Source: Macrostomum lignano
Taxonomy: Eukaryota
DNA length: 40,677 nucleotides
NCBI GenBank assembly: GCA_002269645.1
Contig: NIVC01004608.1
Coordinates: 1 to 40,677, forward strand
Direction of reading: 5' to 3'
The position numbers and the translations under genes were made by a program. A model generated the notes under the pieces. It made no database searches, was not told the DNA's origin, and was given only the letters and a program-made list of their open reading frames with translations. The stretch's first letter is position 1. Every line of letters begins with the position of its first letter. This document shows positions 13,075 to 24,393 of the stretch, piece after piece.

Positions 13075-16000
13075 TCATTCGGCTCGTGCAGACTCCTCGC
13101 CCGATGCGGCATCGAAATTTTCAATCATCTGTCGCAATCGTTTCAATCGTCGTTGCAATCGGCCGCATCGTCTGGTGTCGCCGCGGAATCCGGCATCGTA
13201 TCGATAGCGCTGGTACAGGCGGACAATCGCTGCGCCGGCCTCAGAGTGCGCGAGGCTGCCGGGCCGGCTGCCCGCCAGGCGAGTCTCCAGGACTGCGGCC
13301 TCGTCCGAGACTGAACGAACTCGCTCCCACAGGCGGCGATATTCGGGATAGTGACGGTCGTACAGCGACTGCGGGCCAAGGGATAAGATTTTTCATGATC
13401 TGGGATGCTGTGATTCTGATGATGGGAATTTGTGATGCTGTGATTCTGTTGATGGAGGTCTGGGTTGCTGTGATTCTGATGATGAGGATCCGGGATGCTG
13501 TGATCCCGATGATGGGGATCCGGGATGCTGTGATCCCGATGATGGGGATCCGGGATGCTGTGATCCCGATGATGGGGATCCGGGATGCTGTGATCCCGAT
13601 GATGGGGATCCGGGATGCTGTGATCGATGATGAGGATCCGGGATGCTGTGATCCCGATGATGGGGATCCGGGATGCTGTGATCCCGATGATGGGGATCCG
13701 GGATGCTGTGATCCCGATGATGGGGATGCGGGATGCTGTGATCCCGATGATGGGGATCCGGGATGCTGTGATCCCGATGATGGGGATCCGGGATGCTGTG
13801 ATCCCGATGATGGGGATCCAGGATGCTGTGATCCCGATGATGGGGATCCAGGATGCTGTGATCCCGATGATGGGGATCCAGGATGCTGTGATCCCGATGA
13901 TGGGGATCCAGGATGCTGTGATCCCGATGATGGGGATCCAGGATGCTGTGATCCCGATGATGGGGATCCAGGATGCTGTGATCCCGATGTTGGGGATCCG
14001 GGATGCTGTGATCCCGATGTTGGGGATCCGGGATGCTGTGATCCCGATGATGGGGATCCAGGATGCTGTGATCCCGATGATGGGGATCCGGGATGCTGTG
14101 ATCCCGATGATGGGGATCCGGGATGCTGTGATCCCGATGATGGGGATGCGGGATGCTGTGATCCCGATGATGGGGATGCGGGATGCTGTGATCCCGATGA
14201 TGGGGATCCGGGATGCTGTGATCCCGATGATGGGGATCCAGGATGCTGTGATCCCGATGATGGGGATCCAGGATGCTGTGATCCCGATGATGGGGATCCA
14301 GGATGCTGTGATCCCGATGATGGGGATCCAGGATGCTGTGATCCCGATGATGGGGATCCAGGATGCTGTGATCCCGATGATGGGGATCCAGGATGCTGTG
14401 ATCCCGATGTTGGGGATCCGGGATGCTGTGATCCCGATGATGGGGATCCAGGATGCTGTGATCCCGATGATGGGGATCCAGGATGCTGTGATCCCGATGA
14501 TGGGGATCCAGGATGCTGTGATCCCGATGATGGGGATCCAGGATGCTGTGATCCCGATGTTGGGGATCCGGGATGTCTTGATCCTGACGGTGGGATCGGG
14601 CAGCTCAGTCGTTGACTGACCTTATAAGCAGTCCGCTGAGCTACACTGCGAATTGGCTTCAGCCTGGCGGCATTCGCCGATTGTCGTCGTCTTTGGCGTC
14701 GCCTCTGATGCCATCGACCGGTCTCGCCGGTGTCGACGCTGGCTGTTGAGTCGTCCGGCACGTCGGTGCTGCTGCACTCGTCCTCATTAAACGGATCTTC
14801 AATGTCGTCATCCTCGTCCAAGTCCTCGTCGCTGACGTCAATATCCATGGCTAGGTCGACTAGATCGCAGTTGGCCAGATTGGCAATATCAATTTGGCAG
14901 CATTCCTCGCCGTTGTTATTCTTACTGTTGTTATTATTGTTATTGTTGATATTATTGAGTTTTGCGTTGCTACAGCCGCTGCTGCCCCCGCTGCCGCTAT
15001 GGACACCGGATGAAGATGCCCGGTCGAAATTTGAGCACTCGGCAACTGCAATGAATAAAAGAGAAGACACAGACTGTACCGAAGCTGTACTGAGGCTAAA
15101 AACTTAAGTCAAAAGTCCTTGGTTCGAACCCTGGATTAAGAAAAAGCGCTACCAACCTGATTTCTCATTGCCCGTAGATGCGGTTGTAGAAGCAGCGGCG
15201 GCTGCGGCCTCTGCAGCTCGGCGTTTAACCAGCACTCGTTCGGTGTCCGAGTAGCCCGGCCAGCTGTCCGGCCGGACCTCCCGGTACATGCATGGGCGTA
15301 AGCCGTATCCGCGACCTTCGCCCTGCAGTTTAGCCAGCTGGGCTAGCAGGCTGGCCACGGCCACCGGATCGGGCTGGGCGAAGCCGTCGGCGCGAAGTCG
15401 GGCCAGCAGCTCCGGCCGAGTCAGCGGCCTGGCAGCCAGCAGGTGCAGAAGGCGATCGCGCAGCGTCGGCTCAGTCGCCGAGTGGGCCTGAGAGAGATTG
15501 TGGAATCGGGGTCATCTAATTTTGGAAATTTCTATCTAGATAAGCATCGACGGGATCCTGATGGCGGATCTGGGAATTCTGGCTGAGCAGCATGAGGATC
15601 TGGGATTTTGGCTGAGCAGCATGAGGGTCTGGGATTCTGGATGAGCATCATGAGGATCTGGGATTCTGGCTGAGCATCAGGAGGATCTGGGATTCTGGCT
15701 GAGCATCATGAGAATCTTGGACTTCGACTGACCATCATGAGGATCTGGGATTCTGGCTGGGCATCATGAGGATCTGGGATTCTAGCTGAAAATCATGAGG
15801 ATCTGGGATTCTGGCTGAGCATCATGAGGATCTGGGATTCTGGCTGAGCATCATTAGGATCTGGGATTCTGGCTGAGCATCATTAGGATCTGGGATTCTG
15901 GCTGAGCATCAGGAGGATCTGGAATTCTGGCTGAGCATCATTAGGATCTGGGATTCTAGCTGAAAATCATGAGGATCTGGGATTCTGGCTGAGCATCATG

Positions 16001-17381
16001 AGGATCTGGGATTCTGGCTGAGCATCAGGAGGATCTGGGATTCTGGCTGAGCATCATGAGAATCTTGGACTTCGACTGACCATCATGAGGATCTGGGATT
16101 CTGGCTGGGCATCATGAGAATCTTGGACTTCGACTGACCATCATGAGGATCTGGGATTCTGGCTGGGCATCATGAGGATCTGGGATTCTAGCTGAAAATC
16201 ATGAGGATCTGGGATTCTGGCTGAGCATCATTAGGATCTGGGATTCTGGCTGAGCATCATGAGGATCTGGGATTCTAGCTGAAAATCATGAGGATCTGGG
16301 ATTCTGGCTGAGCATCATGAGGATCTGGGATTCTGGCTGAGCATCAGGAGGATCTGGGATTCTGGCTGAGCATCATGAGAATCTTGGACTTCGACTGACC
16401 ATCATGAGGATCTGGGATTCTGGCTGGGCATCATGAGGATCTGGGATTCTAGCTGAAAATCATGAGGATCTGGGATTCTGGCTGAGCATCATGAGGATCT
16501 GGGATTCTGGCTGAGCATCATTAGGATCTGGGATTCTGGCTGAGCATCATTAGGATCTGGGATTCTGGCTGAGCATCAGGAGGATCTGGAATTCTGGCTG
16601 AGCATCATTAGGATCTGGGATTCTGGCTGAGCATCATTAGGATCTGGGATTCTGGCTGAGCATCAGGAGGATCTGGAATTCTGGCTGAGCATCATTAGGA
16701 TCTGGGATTCTGGCTGAGCATCATTAGGATCTGGGATTCTGGCTGAGCATCATTAGGATCTGGGATTCTGGCTGAGCATCAGGAGGATCTGGGATTCTGG
16801 CTGAGCATCATGAGGAGCTGGGATTCTAGCTGAGCATTGCAAGGTTCTGGAAGTAGGACTCGGCATGCCCGATGATGCTATCCAGCACTCACCGATGAGG
16901 TGACTGAGGAGGCCGCCGCCATAGACAACTGCTGAGCCGCAGTGTCCACCGTCAGTCTCCGCCGCAATCGGCCCAGGCGAGTAGCCGATTGGGATTTATG
17001 GGAGAATCGCACCAGATCTGTTGGCCGATGATCCTCAGACGGGTCATTCGACATCAAATTGAGCCGACTACCGTCCGACAGGCTGAGAAATCCTACAACG
17101 CCATTTGTTGACGATTCAACAAAGTTGACGCTGGCATCGCCGGCCAACTGTACCAGGGAGCGCAGCGCGGCGTCGGTCAGTCTCAGGTGGAGCAGGCAGC
17201 GAGTGGATGCCGATGCTGACAGGCCGCGCAGCATGTGCGACGAGCCGCTGGACAACAAAGAGAGGTCCGCTGTTGTGGCTGTTGTAGAACGCGACATTGG
17301 CGAAGATGGCGCAGGCGCTGCCACCGACGCCGCCGCTGCCGCCGCCGACACCTTGTGCTTGCTGGCGCGTGCAGCGCACAT
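13075..17381 (-). CDS. ELL: RNA polymerase II elongation factor ELL; exons 17381 (or 17297)-16893, 15487-15157, 15045-14621, 13368-13075; 512 aa (or 484 aa)
   Basis: N-domain LLHLRLTDAALRSL (ELL: VFHVKLTDSALRAF). Middle domain LRDRLLHLLAARPLTRPELLARLRADG...MYREVRPDSWPGYS. Occludin-homology C-domain IRSVAQRTAYK|SLYDRHYPEYRRL...RCGRLQRRLKRLRQMIENFD. All three introns are GT-AG with matching phases (0,1,0). The start codon is ambiguous. Confidence 0.92.
13395..14595. repeat. 30-bp minisatellite (GGGATGCTGTGATCCCGATGATGGGGATCC), about 39 copies, filling ELL intron 3 (14620-13369)
   Basis: Period 30; one unit near 13625 lacks 2 nt; stop-free in several frames, which produces the long repeat ORFs in the track. 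Confidence 0.97.
15545..16850. repeat. 29-bp minisatellite (GGGATTCTGGCTGAGCATCATGAGGATCT), about 44 copies, filling ELL intron 1 (16892-15488)
   Basis: Period 29 (15801 to 15830); diagnostic variant unit AATCTTGGACTTCGACTGACC recurs near 15713, 16060, 16119 and 16380. Confidence 0.97.
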
Positions 17382-20300
17382 GAAATTAAAGTTAAGCATA
17401 ATTACAACACTAAAAAATAGTGCCAATCTAAATAGAAACTACGGGTTCAAGGCTGACTATGGCAGAACCATGGCAGACCAAGGATTGTTTACAAAATTAC
17501 AAAACCAAAAAGAGACAAGGAAGCACAGAAACAAAGAATTAAAAGGAAAAGAAAAAGTAGTTGCAAAGAAGCAAAACTGGAAAATGCAGAATAAGCCAAG
17601 AAGGGTAGATAGATATTTTTCAATAAAATATACAATGCTCAATTGCCAACAATAGTACTATTGACAACTAGCATAGCTGCTATAAGTTATAGTTACAGAT
17701 TGCAGTCACTATCAAAGTGAGATAAGCCTACCAATAAATGCAATGCCATAAATATATCAAAGGCAATATCTTCAGTAAGTAGATTACCCAAAGGCTTTGT
17801 AGTATTTGTACTAGAAGTACTATGCAACCAACAGGTCAGTCTAGCCATAATCTATATTAAGAATAAGAAGCAAATATAATTTAAGGCCTATAGTTATAGC
17901 TACAGGTCATGTTGATTTTGTCTTATTGACTTTGATTATCTTTGTTAACCAACAATTAGTACTAACTTAGTATAGTATAATAAGACATGAATAACTTTTC
18001 TTTCTATTGAAATTTATCTAATGTTACTAAAAATCATTAGGATCTAGCTTTTGGGATTACTATCTTCTTTAAGCTATACAATACAACATAATTTCTAAGT
18101 CTAAGGACAAGGTATAAACCATAAGTAACAATATCTATATAAGTAGCAAAATGGTTATAAGTAAGTGGACAAACATTTTATCAAACTTTTTATTAAACTT
18201 TTTGTTGCCTTTTGTCTGTCATTTATTCTATGGTTGAAAGTAAATACATGCATGATTTTACAATTAAATTGAAATAAACATTTCAAACATATTAGTTGGC
18301 TGATACTTTGCTAAATTAATGCAAAATCATCGAAAAGCAACTTCACTTATTATCAACAAAGCCTACAGAGGGTCATAGTAAAGTATTTCTCAATATAAAG
18401 TATTGAGAAAATATTCCAGAATTTATTTCTATAATCAATACAAAACTTTTAACAAAGTTAATTAACAAACTTGCAATGTAAACAATAAGGCTATATAAAT
18501 AAACTAATAAAAAATAAAAAACTTGTTTTAAATAAATTATTACAATAGTAAGCCTAACTTTTTAATACTTTTATCATTGAACTACTACTATGGCCTAATC
18601 TAGCTTAGCTTACAACTCAACTTAATGCTGAAACCTAACTATCATTATGGCATTCTCTTAGATAACAATCATTATATAATATATTAGTTTTGGTAGAAAA
18701 TTACCATTGAAATTTGTCTTTGTTTTATAAAATTATTTTTATATTCCAATAACTGTATAAATTGTAATCTGAAACTACTGTTATTGAAGCTGTTGAAACC
18801 CACAGATTTTGAACCTAGGAATTTTAACCCTTGGAACTATTTTTGCATGTACATGCATTCTGAAATCTAAGGCCATACTCAAACAAAAATTTGTGTCAAA
18901 GGGCTAACCATCTATCTTTATAAATAATCTCACAATGCTACCAAAGTTGACATAAGGGTTACTTCCCTCTACTATTATCTCACTAATTAGCCACCAAAGT
19001 TGTAACAGGCATGGTTAAACTTCTCTCTATTAATATACTTTTGTACCAATGTACTTTTACCTATTGATAGCATTACTACTTCTCTATCTACTTCTATATA
19101 CTTCTATATTGGTAGCGTCCACTTATCTTATTGGTAGCATCTGTACATATACTGTACTCTTTAGCCTGAGTGGTCTAATGACACTGTCTACTTTATTTAC
19201 TCTTATAAGTTTTCTCTCAGTCCTGGGCATTCCCTGGATCAGAAAGTCACAGCCTTATGTGTTTTCCCTGCCCTGAAGCGATTTTTCTGCCCTGAGGTGC
19301 TTTCCTGCTGATTAGCAGGCTTTTCAATACTACTCCCAATTTGGGGCTTTACTCTAGGAAATTAATAATTCTTTATTTCTTCTTTATTCTTTTTTTCATT
19401 TTTCTCTTCATTTTATCCCTCTTTTCCTCTTTTCCATTCTTCTTTTATCTCTTTCCTGACCACTCTTCTCTTTTTCATCTCTCATTTTTCTTCTTTTATC
19501 ATTTCTTTTTTTTCTCATTTTATTTCTCTCTGTTCTCTCTGTTGTTTATGCAGCTTGTATGAAAGTTAGTATTCTTACATTCTGATTGGCTGGAGGGTTT
19601 GTCTATTTGCCTAGGCTAGGTGGGAGGTTTGATGTTTGCTAAGTCACATTGGTTAATAGTTTATAATCTATAATATAAAATTATAAAGTGTGCATTGGCA
19701 TTTTAAGCCTTTATGACTTTTCCTACCTTGCAATTGCTTCTCGCATCTTATTCATTTAGCTACACTAAATGTACTTAATCATAGTTTTTTACTTTAGAAT
19801 TGCTTGGTTTAAAAAATCACCAATTTTGTGACTGTAAGTTATTGTAAACTAGCAGCTATAAGTTACTGTAAGCTACTATGTGTTTTTCTATAAGAATTTG
19901 ATGGCATATCTCAAAATAGCATGTTTTTCAACTTTCAACTGTTCATATTATACCTAAAATTGTATTGTAAAATTGCTTATTAAGCATACAAATTAAATAA
20001 AGACCATCTCATAAAGTTCAGTTAATTTTATGAGTTTGCACTGTAGACCAAACCAAGTTTAGTGCATTCCAGGGGTCACTTGTTGTGGTTGCAATTCCTA
20101 TAGTTCAATAAGCTAGAGCAAGCATTAGTTTCAATTAATTAACTTCAAAAAACATTTCCTATGGTAAAAGTCCTTCTTTTTGGTTAAGAAAAGCCATAAT
20201 AACCCACCTTTATATAAGTAGCATGTAAGTACTGTATGTGCACATATTTTTCAAAAAAAGAAATTGTGATTGCATGCTTCAGACACAAAATTGGAGACTA

Positions 20301-21175
20301 CTAACTTTGTCAAAATGTTATCTATGTATCAGTGAATCAAATGCAGTAAAGAAATTGCATGTAGAATAAAACAATATTTTTCTGCATAAGTAGTTTGTGA
20401 GTAGTGCAAATGCTCATGTTCATTAAAAATAAAAAAATCTTATTACAAAGAAGTGAGACATGCAAAATGAAAGTGGATGTTGCTAAAAAATTGTGTTTAT
20501 AACACTTTCTTAAAGACAATGCATAAAAAGTCTGCAAAATGAAGTTATCTGTAGAGATCAAAAAACCAATTTTCAGTTCTAGGATAAAAAATACATTGCG
20601 GATTTAGGCAAAAAATGAGCTTAAAGAAAGCTTGACAACTTTTAAGTAAGAAGAGATACAAACAAATGGTTTTTAATACATGTTCATTTTATAAAGGCGC
20701 ATTAAAAACAGCATTTAGAATCGTGCAAAATGCAATAAAAAAATTATTCAAATTTTAAATTTTTACATGGGCCAAATAAGAATAATAATAAAAATTTTTG
20801 CAAAAGCACTTTTTTGGATCTTTTACTATCTAACTTTGCATTTCTATCATTAAACTTTGTTTAAATGGCCCCTTTAGTGTGAAAAATGAATTGTTTAAAA
20901 ATGGTGTTTTGTGGCACTGCCACCAATTTATATATATAGGAAAAATGTGCAATGTTTGAATGATCACTGCTACTAGAATATTTAATTTTTTTGTTTAGGA
21001 ATTATTTCATTTGAAAGATATATTTATTGTTTTTTGTATATACTTTGGGTTCTTATAAATGGAGTACTTATAGCCAATAGGCAGAGCAGCCATGTCTATA
21101 ATATTTGAGCTTATAGGCATGGCTATAACCATTGATATAAAATGTGTGTTTTGTAAGGCTCTCTTACAATCAAAT

Positions 21176-21252
21176 GGTGGCTTAGTAGATAAGACAATTG
21201 CTTTGTGACTGCATGTAGCAAGTTTCGAATCCTAAGTGGTCGGAGTTTTTTA
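21176..21252 (+). pseudogene. Degenerate tRNA-like (His GTG-like) sequence or SINE head
   Basis: A-box-like TGGCTTAGTAG, TTGTGAC loop, B-box-like GTTTCGAATCC, followed by a T run; the acceptor stem does not pair well. Confidence 0.4.
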
Positions 21253-21934
21253 TTTGAATTTTTTAGCAAACCAAAATTTTTGTATTTTGAACTTTTCAAG
21301 TTTTTAGTTAAAATAAAATAATAATTAAATTAAATTAAATTAATCTTTTTAATAAGAGTAACACTGAATCTTACAGTATGGCTGATATGTATTGAAACAA
21401 ATATTTCTTTTTAGTAGCTACATACTAAAACACTTTCAACACGCAGCAAAGTATAAATAATTGTGGCCACACCTTATTATTATTTTATGTTAATACTAAA
21501 AATTAAATTTAATTAAATTTAAAAAAATTCTAATAAAAAAACTCTAAAATTTCAATCGATTGATATTTTTATCTGATTAATGAGAATATACATAGCAATA
21601 GCATGGCAGCCATGTCTATAAGCTCCAATATTAGAGACACAGCTACCCAGTGTCTCTAAGTGTGAACCCATTCAATATTAAAGACACGGCTGCCATGCAA
21701 GTTTCATTGACATGGTGACCATGTCTATTCTATAAGTTTCTGCTTTATAGACATGGTTGTGGTGTCTCTAAGTGTGGCATTTTATAAAACTAGTTCAATA
21801 TGTAGCAATTGATTTTTTAAGTTTTGGGAATTTTTGCTTTTTCTGCGTCATTTTTAACTTTCAAAATCCTACTAAAGTCCCTACCTAGGGTGGGTGCGAA
21901 ATTTGATATAATTTGATTTAAGTAGTTTAGGTGG

Positions 21935-22178
21935 CACATGACTAAGACCGTCATACACCAAGACCAACACAGCTATTACTGGCTACTAGTATTGTGGGGG
22001 AGCTACCAATCTTCTAGCATTGCTATTTCTCTCATAGGTTTTTTTTTTCACTGCTGTCTTTCCTACCCACTCATCTCCTTTCTAGCACCATCTAATAATA
22101 CATAAATTCAAATTTCTCCCTTAGCTCCCCAAGTATGGCAGTCTTGGTGTGTGGCGGTCTTGGTCCTACACCATTTAG
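21935..22178. mobile_element. Possible decayed MITE
   Basis: ACTAAGACCGTCATACACCAAGAC (about 21941) and the inverted copy GTCTTGGTGTGTGGCGGTCTTGGT (about 22141), 21/24 identity; no TSD seen. Confidence 0.35.
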
Positions 22179-23190
22179 GTCTAAGAGTCTATACTGTAGC
22201 GAAATCCAAAAATGTGGGATAAAATGGTAAAACAAATCTGTGGACATTCAATGGAAAGTAATGTATCTAAAAAAGGTTTTTGAAAGATAGATAGGTCTTT
22301 AAAAAATAGTTCTAGATAAAAACTATTGTTTTCATGCTTTATATCGTTGAAAATATAAGAAAAAACACAAAATAGCATTTTAAAAGTCTGAGTTAAACGA
22401 TTCGCAATTTTTTGTTTCACTTTTTTTCATAATTAAACAATTAATTTTAAGACTTGTAGGCCTTAGAGAAGGCTAATTTTTTTACTACTTACAAAACAGA
22501 AAGTAATCTGTGTTTTACTTTTTATTCTATTCAAAAAGATAAAGTATTTCTAAGGATTTCAAAGTTTTTCTAAAACCATATAAACTCGCAAAAATTCATA
22601 CTAATTTAAAGTGCAAAGTTTGCCAACAAACATCTTTTTCTAAAAGTAAATATATCACTAATTCCTTGTTGCAAAATAATCTTTAAGTTGGTTTCTTTCA
22701 TTTAAATATCAATTTGCATAGTATTAGTGTTTGTAATATGCCTATATTTAGACTTAAAAATTTTGGGTAAAAAATGGTACCACAAAATGTGAACCCGGCA
22801 TCCAAATCAAATGCTTCCTATATGCTTATTAAGCAACAAAGAACAATGAAATTACACTAAAACATGTATCATTGCAGAGTGTATGCAGGAAAAAAAGAAT
22901 TTTCTAAATCGCATTGGTAGAAGCTAAGTAAAATGCTATTTTCCGCAGTGGTCCCAGCGATGATGTCTATGATTTTTGCGCCATGAAAAAAAATTCGCGC
23001 CAGAATTCGCGCTGAGCAAAAGTAGCAATAAGACAACAAATATTTTTGCCTGCAGGCTTTAAAGTTTAAAGCTTCAAAAGTTCAGAACATGCCAATGCTA
23101 TTAGCTTGTATGGTAATGCACTTTCATAGACGTGTATTGTATTCTTCACCTCAACATCAGGATGTACGGCGGCGGCGCTCCATAGCAACC

Positions 23191-23535
23191 AGCCAGCACC
23201 ATAGCAACGAGGGTTTTCCCTTGGATACGTATCTTTTCTTAAGTGTGCCAGCTGACGCTCTGCGTGTGCCAAATAGACAAACGTGTGTGCCACCTTCTGG
23301 GAAAAAGTGGCATTGATAGACATTTCTGGGCGCTGAAAGTAGAAGTTTAAAAATTACGAAAAAAAAACATTTTTCTTTTCATCATTGTGGGATCTCACTT
23401 AAACTTCAAGGTGTGAAAGCAGCATCAAAAGGTGGCACAAACGTTTGTCTATGTGGCACATATATAGCGCCAGCTGGCGCACTTAAGAAAAGATACGTAT
23501 CCAAGGGAAAACCCCTCGTTGCTATGGTGCTGGCT
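23191..23535. mobile_element. 345-bp MITE with about 105-bp TIRs nested in the hAT element
   Basis: AGCCAGCACCATAGCAACGAGGGTTTTCCCTTGGATACGTATCTTTTCTTAAGTG... (23191-23298) is mirrored at 23428-23535; TSD not clear. Confidence 0.8.
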
Positions 23536-23632
23536 TAGTGCTAACTAGAAGTGAACGTACCCTAATATAAAAAGTGAATATTAGTAAAAATAAAAGCGCG
23601 CAGTCAGTCAAGTCAGCTAGAGATAAGGAAAA

Positions 23633-24393
23633 TCATAGACGCTTCGGGATTTTGGGAAGCGATTTCACCGATACAGAAGCCTCCGAACTGGCCATTGCCA
23701 GCTTGCATGCCTTTTGCTTTAGCACACTGTCAGTCACACACTCTGCCTCCTTCTCTTTGCGCCTCTGGAGTTTGTTGCGATCCTGTCGCAGCATCTCGAT
23801 TTCTCGTTCTCGTTTCTCAGCTTTTTGAGCATCCAGCAGCCGCTGGTGGGCGACATCCTTCTCCTTAAGTTTAGTCTCAATTTCTTTGTCCTTCTCCTCC
23901 AACTTCTCGTGCAGATTGGAAATGGCCTTACTAGCCTGCTTCTCGGCTCGGACCGAGAAGCAGGCGACTCTGCGAGCTCCTTTGCACGGCGTGCCTCCTC
24001 AAAAGCTGCATCATCCTTCAGTCTTTGACGGTAGCTGGCGTAGGCACTGTTACACATATTGATCAGACTAGAAGTCACTGGCAGAGTAGCTGCAGTCCAT
24101 TGTTGAGCTTGAAGGCAGGAACGAGCCACAACCAATGCCCTGACTGTTTCCGGTTTCAAAACTGAGCGTTTCTTTGTGACCGTGTCACTCAAAGTACTAA
24201 AGACGCGCTCAACTTCCGCACTTCCATTAGGAAGGATTAGAAGTGCGCGAACAAGTCAAATCAGTAGAGGGCACCTGTCCCCCACTTGCTCGGAAAGTCT
24301 TTGCCAGAACGTAACAATGTCCAAATTGGCATTGGCTGTGGAATCAATTTCGGTTTGATGCAGTCGAGCCTCTACTTCGAGAGAACCAATGTC
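23633..24393 (-). pseudogene. hAT transposase C-terminal remnant (dimerisation domain plus coiled-coil tail)
   Basis: DIVTFWQRLSEQVGDRCPLLI*LVRALLILPNGSAEVERVFSTLSDTVTKKRSVL matches the hAT dimerisation motif (FW...P.L...A...L..P..SA..ER.FS); TGA at 24256-24258; frame change near 23945; no DDE region present. Confidence 0.85.

Noticed and set aside
13035-14619. Long plus-strand ORFs (526 aa DPGCCDPDDG repeat; 330 aa MMGIRDAVIP repeat)
   Set aside because: Products of a stop-free 30-bp unit inside ELL intron 3 and antisense to ELL; no unique domain
15121-15131. B-box-like GGTTCGAACCC in ELL intron 2, with similar motifs near 35800 and 36175
   Set aside because: No A-box or cloverleaf; at most tiny SINE or tRNA remnants
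15545-16850. Repeat arrays as possible CRISPR loci
   Set aside because: Head-to-tail units with no unique spacers, eukaryotic context and no cas genes
17059-17655. 198-aa plus-strand ORF
   Set aside because: Antisense shadow of ELL exon 1
19049-19562. Hydrophobic Phe/Leu-rich short ORFs
   Set aside because: Low-complexity CT-rich DNA mimicking transmembrane segments
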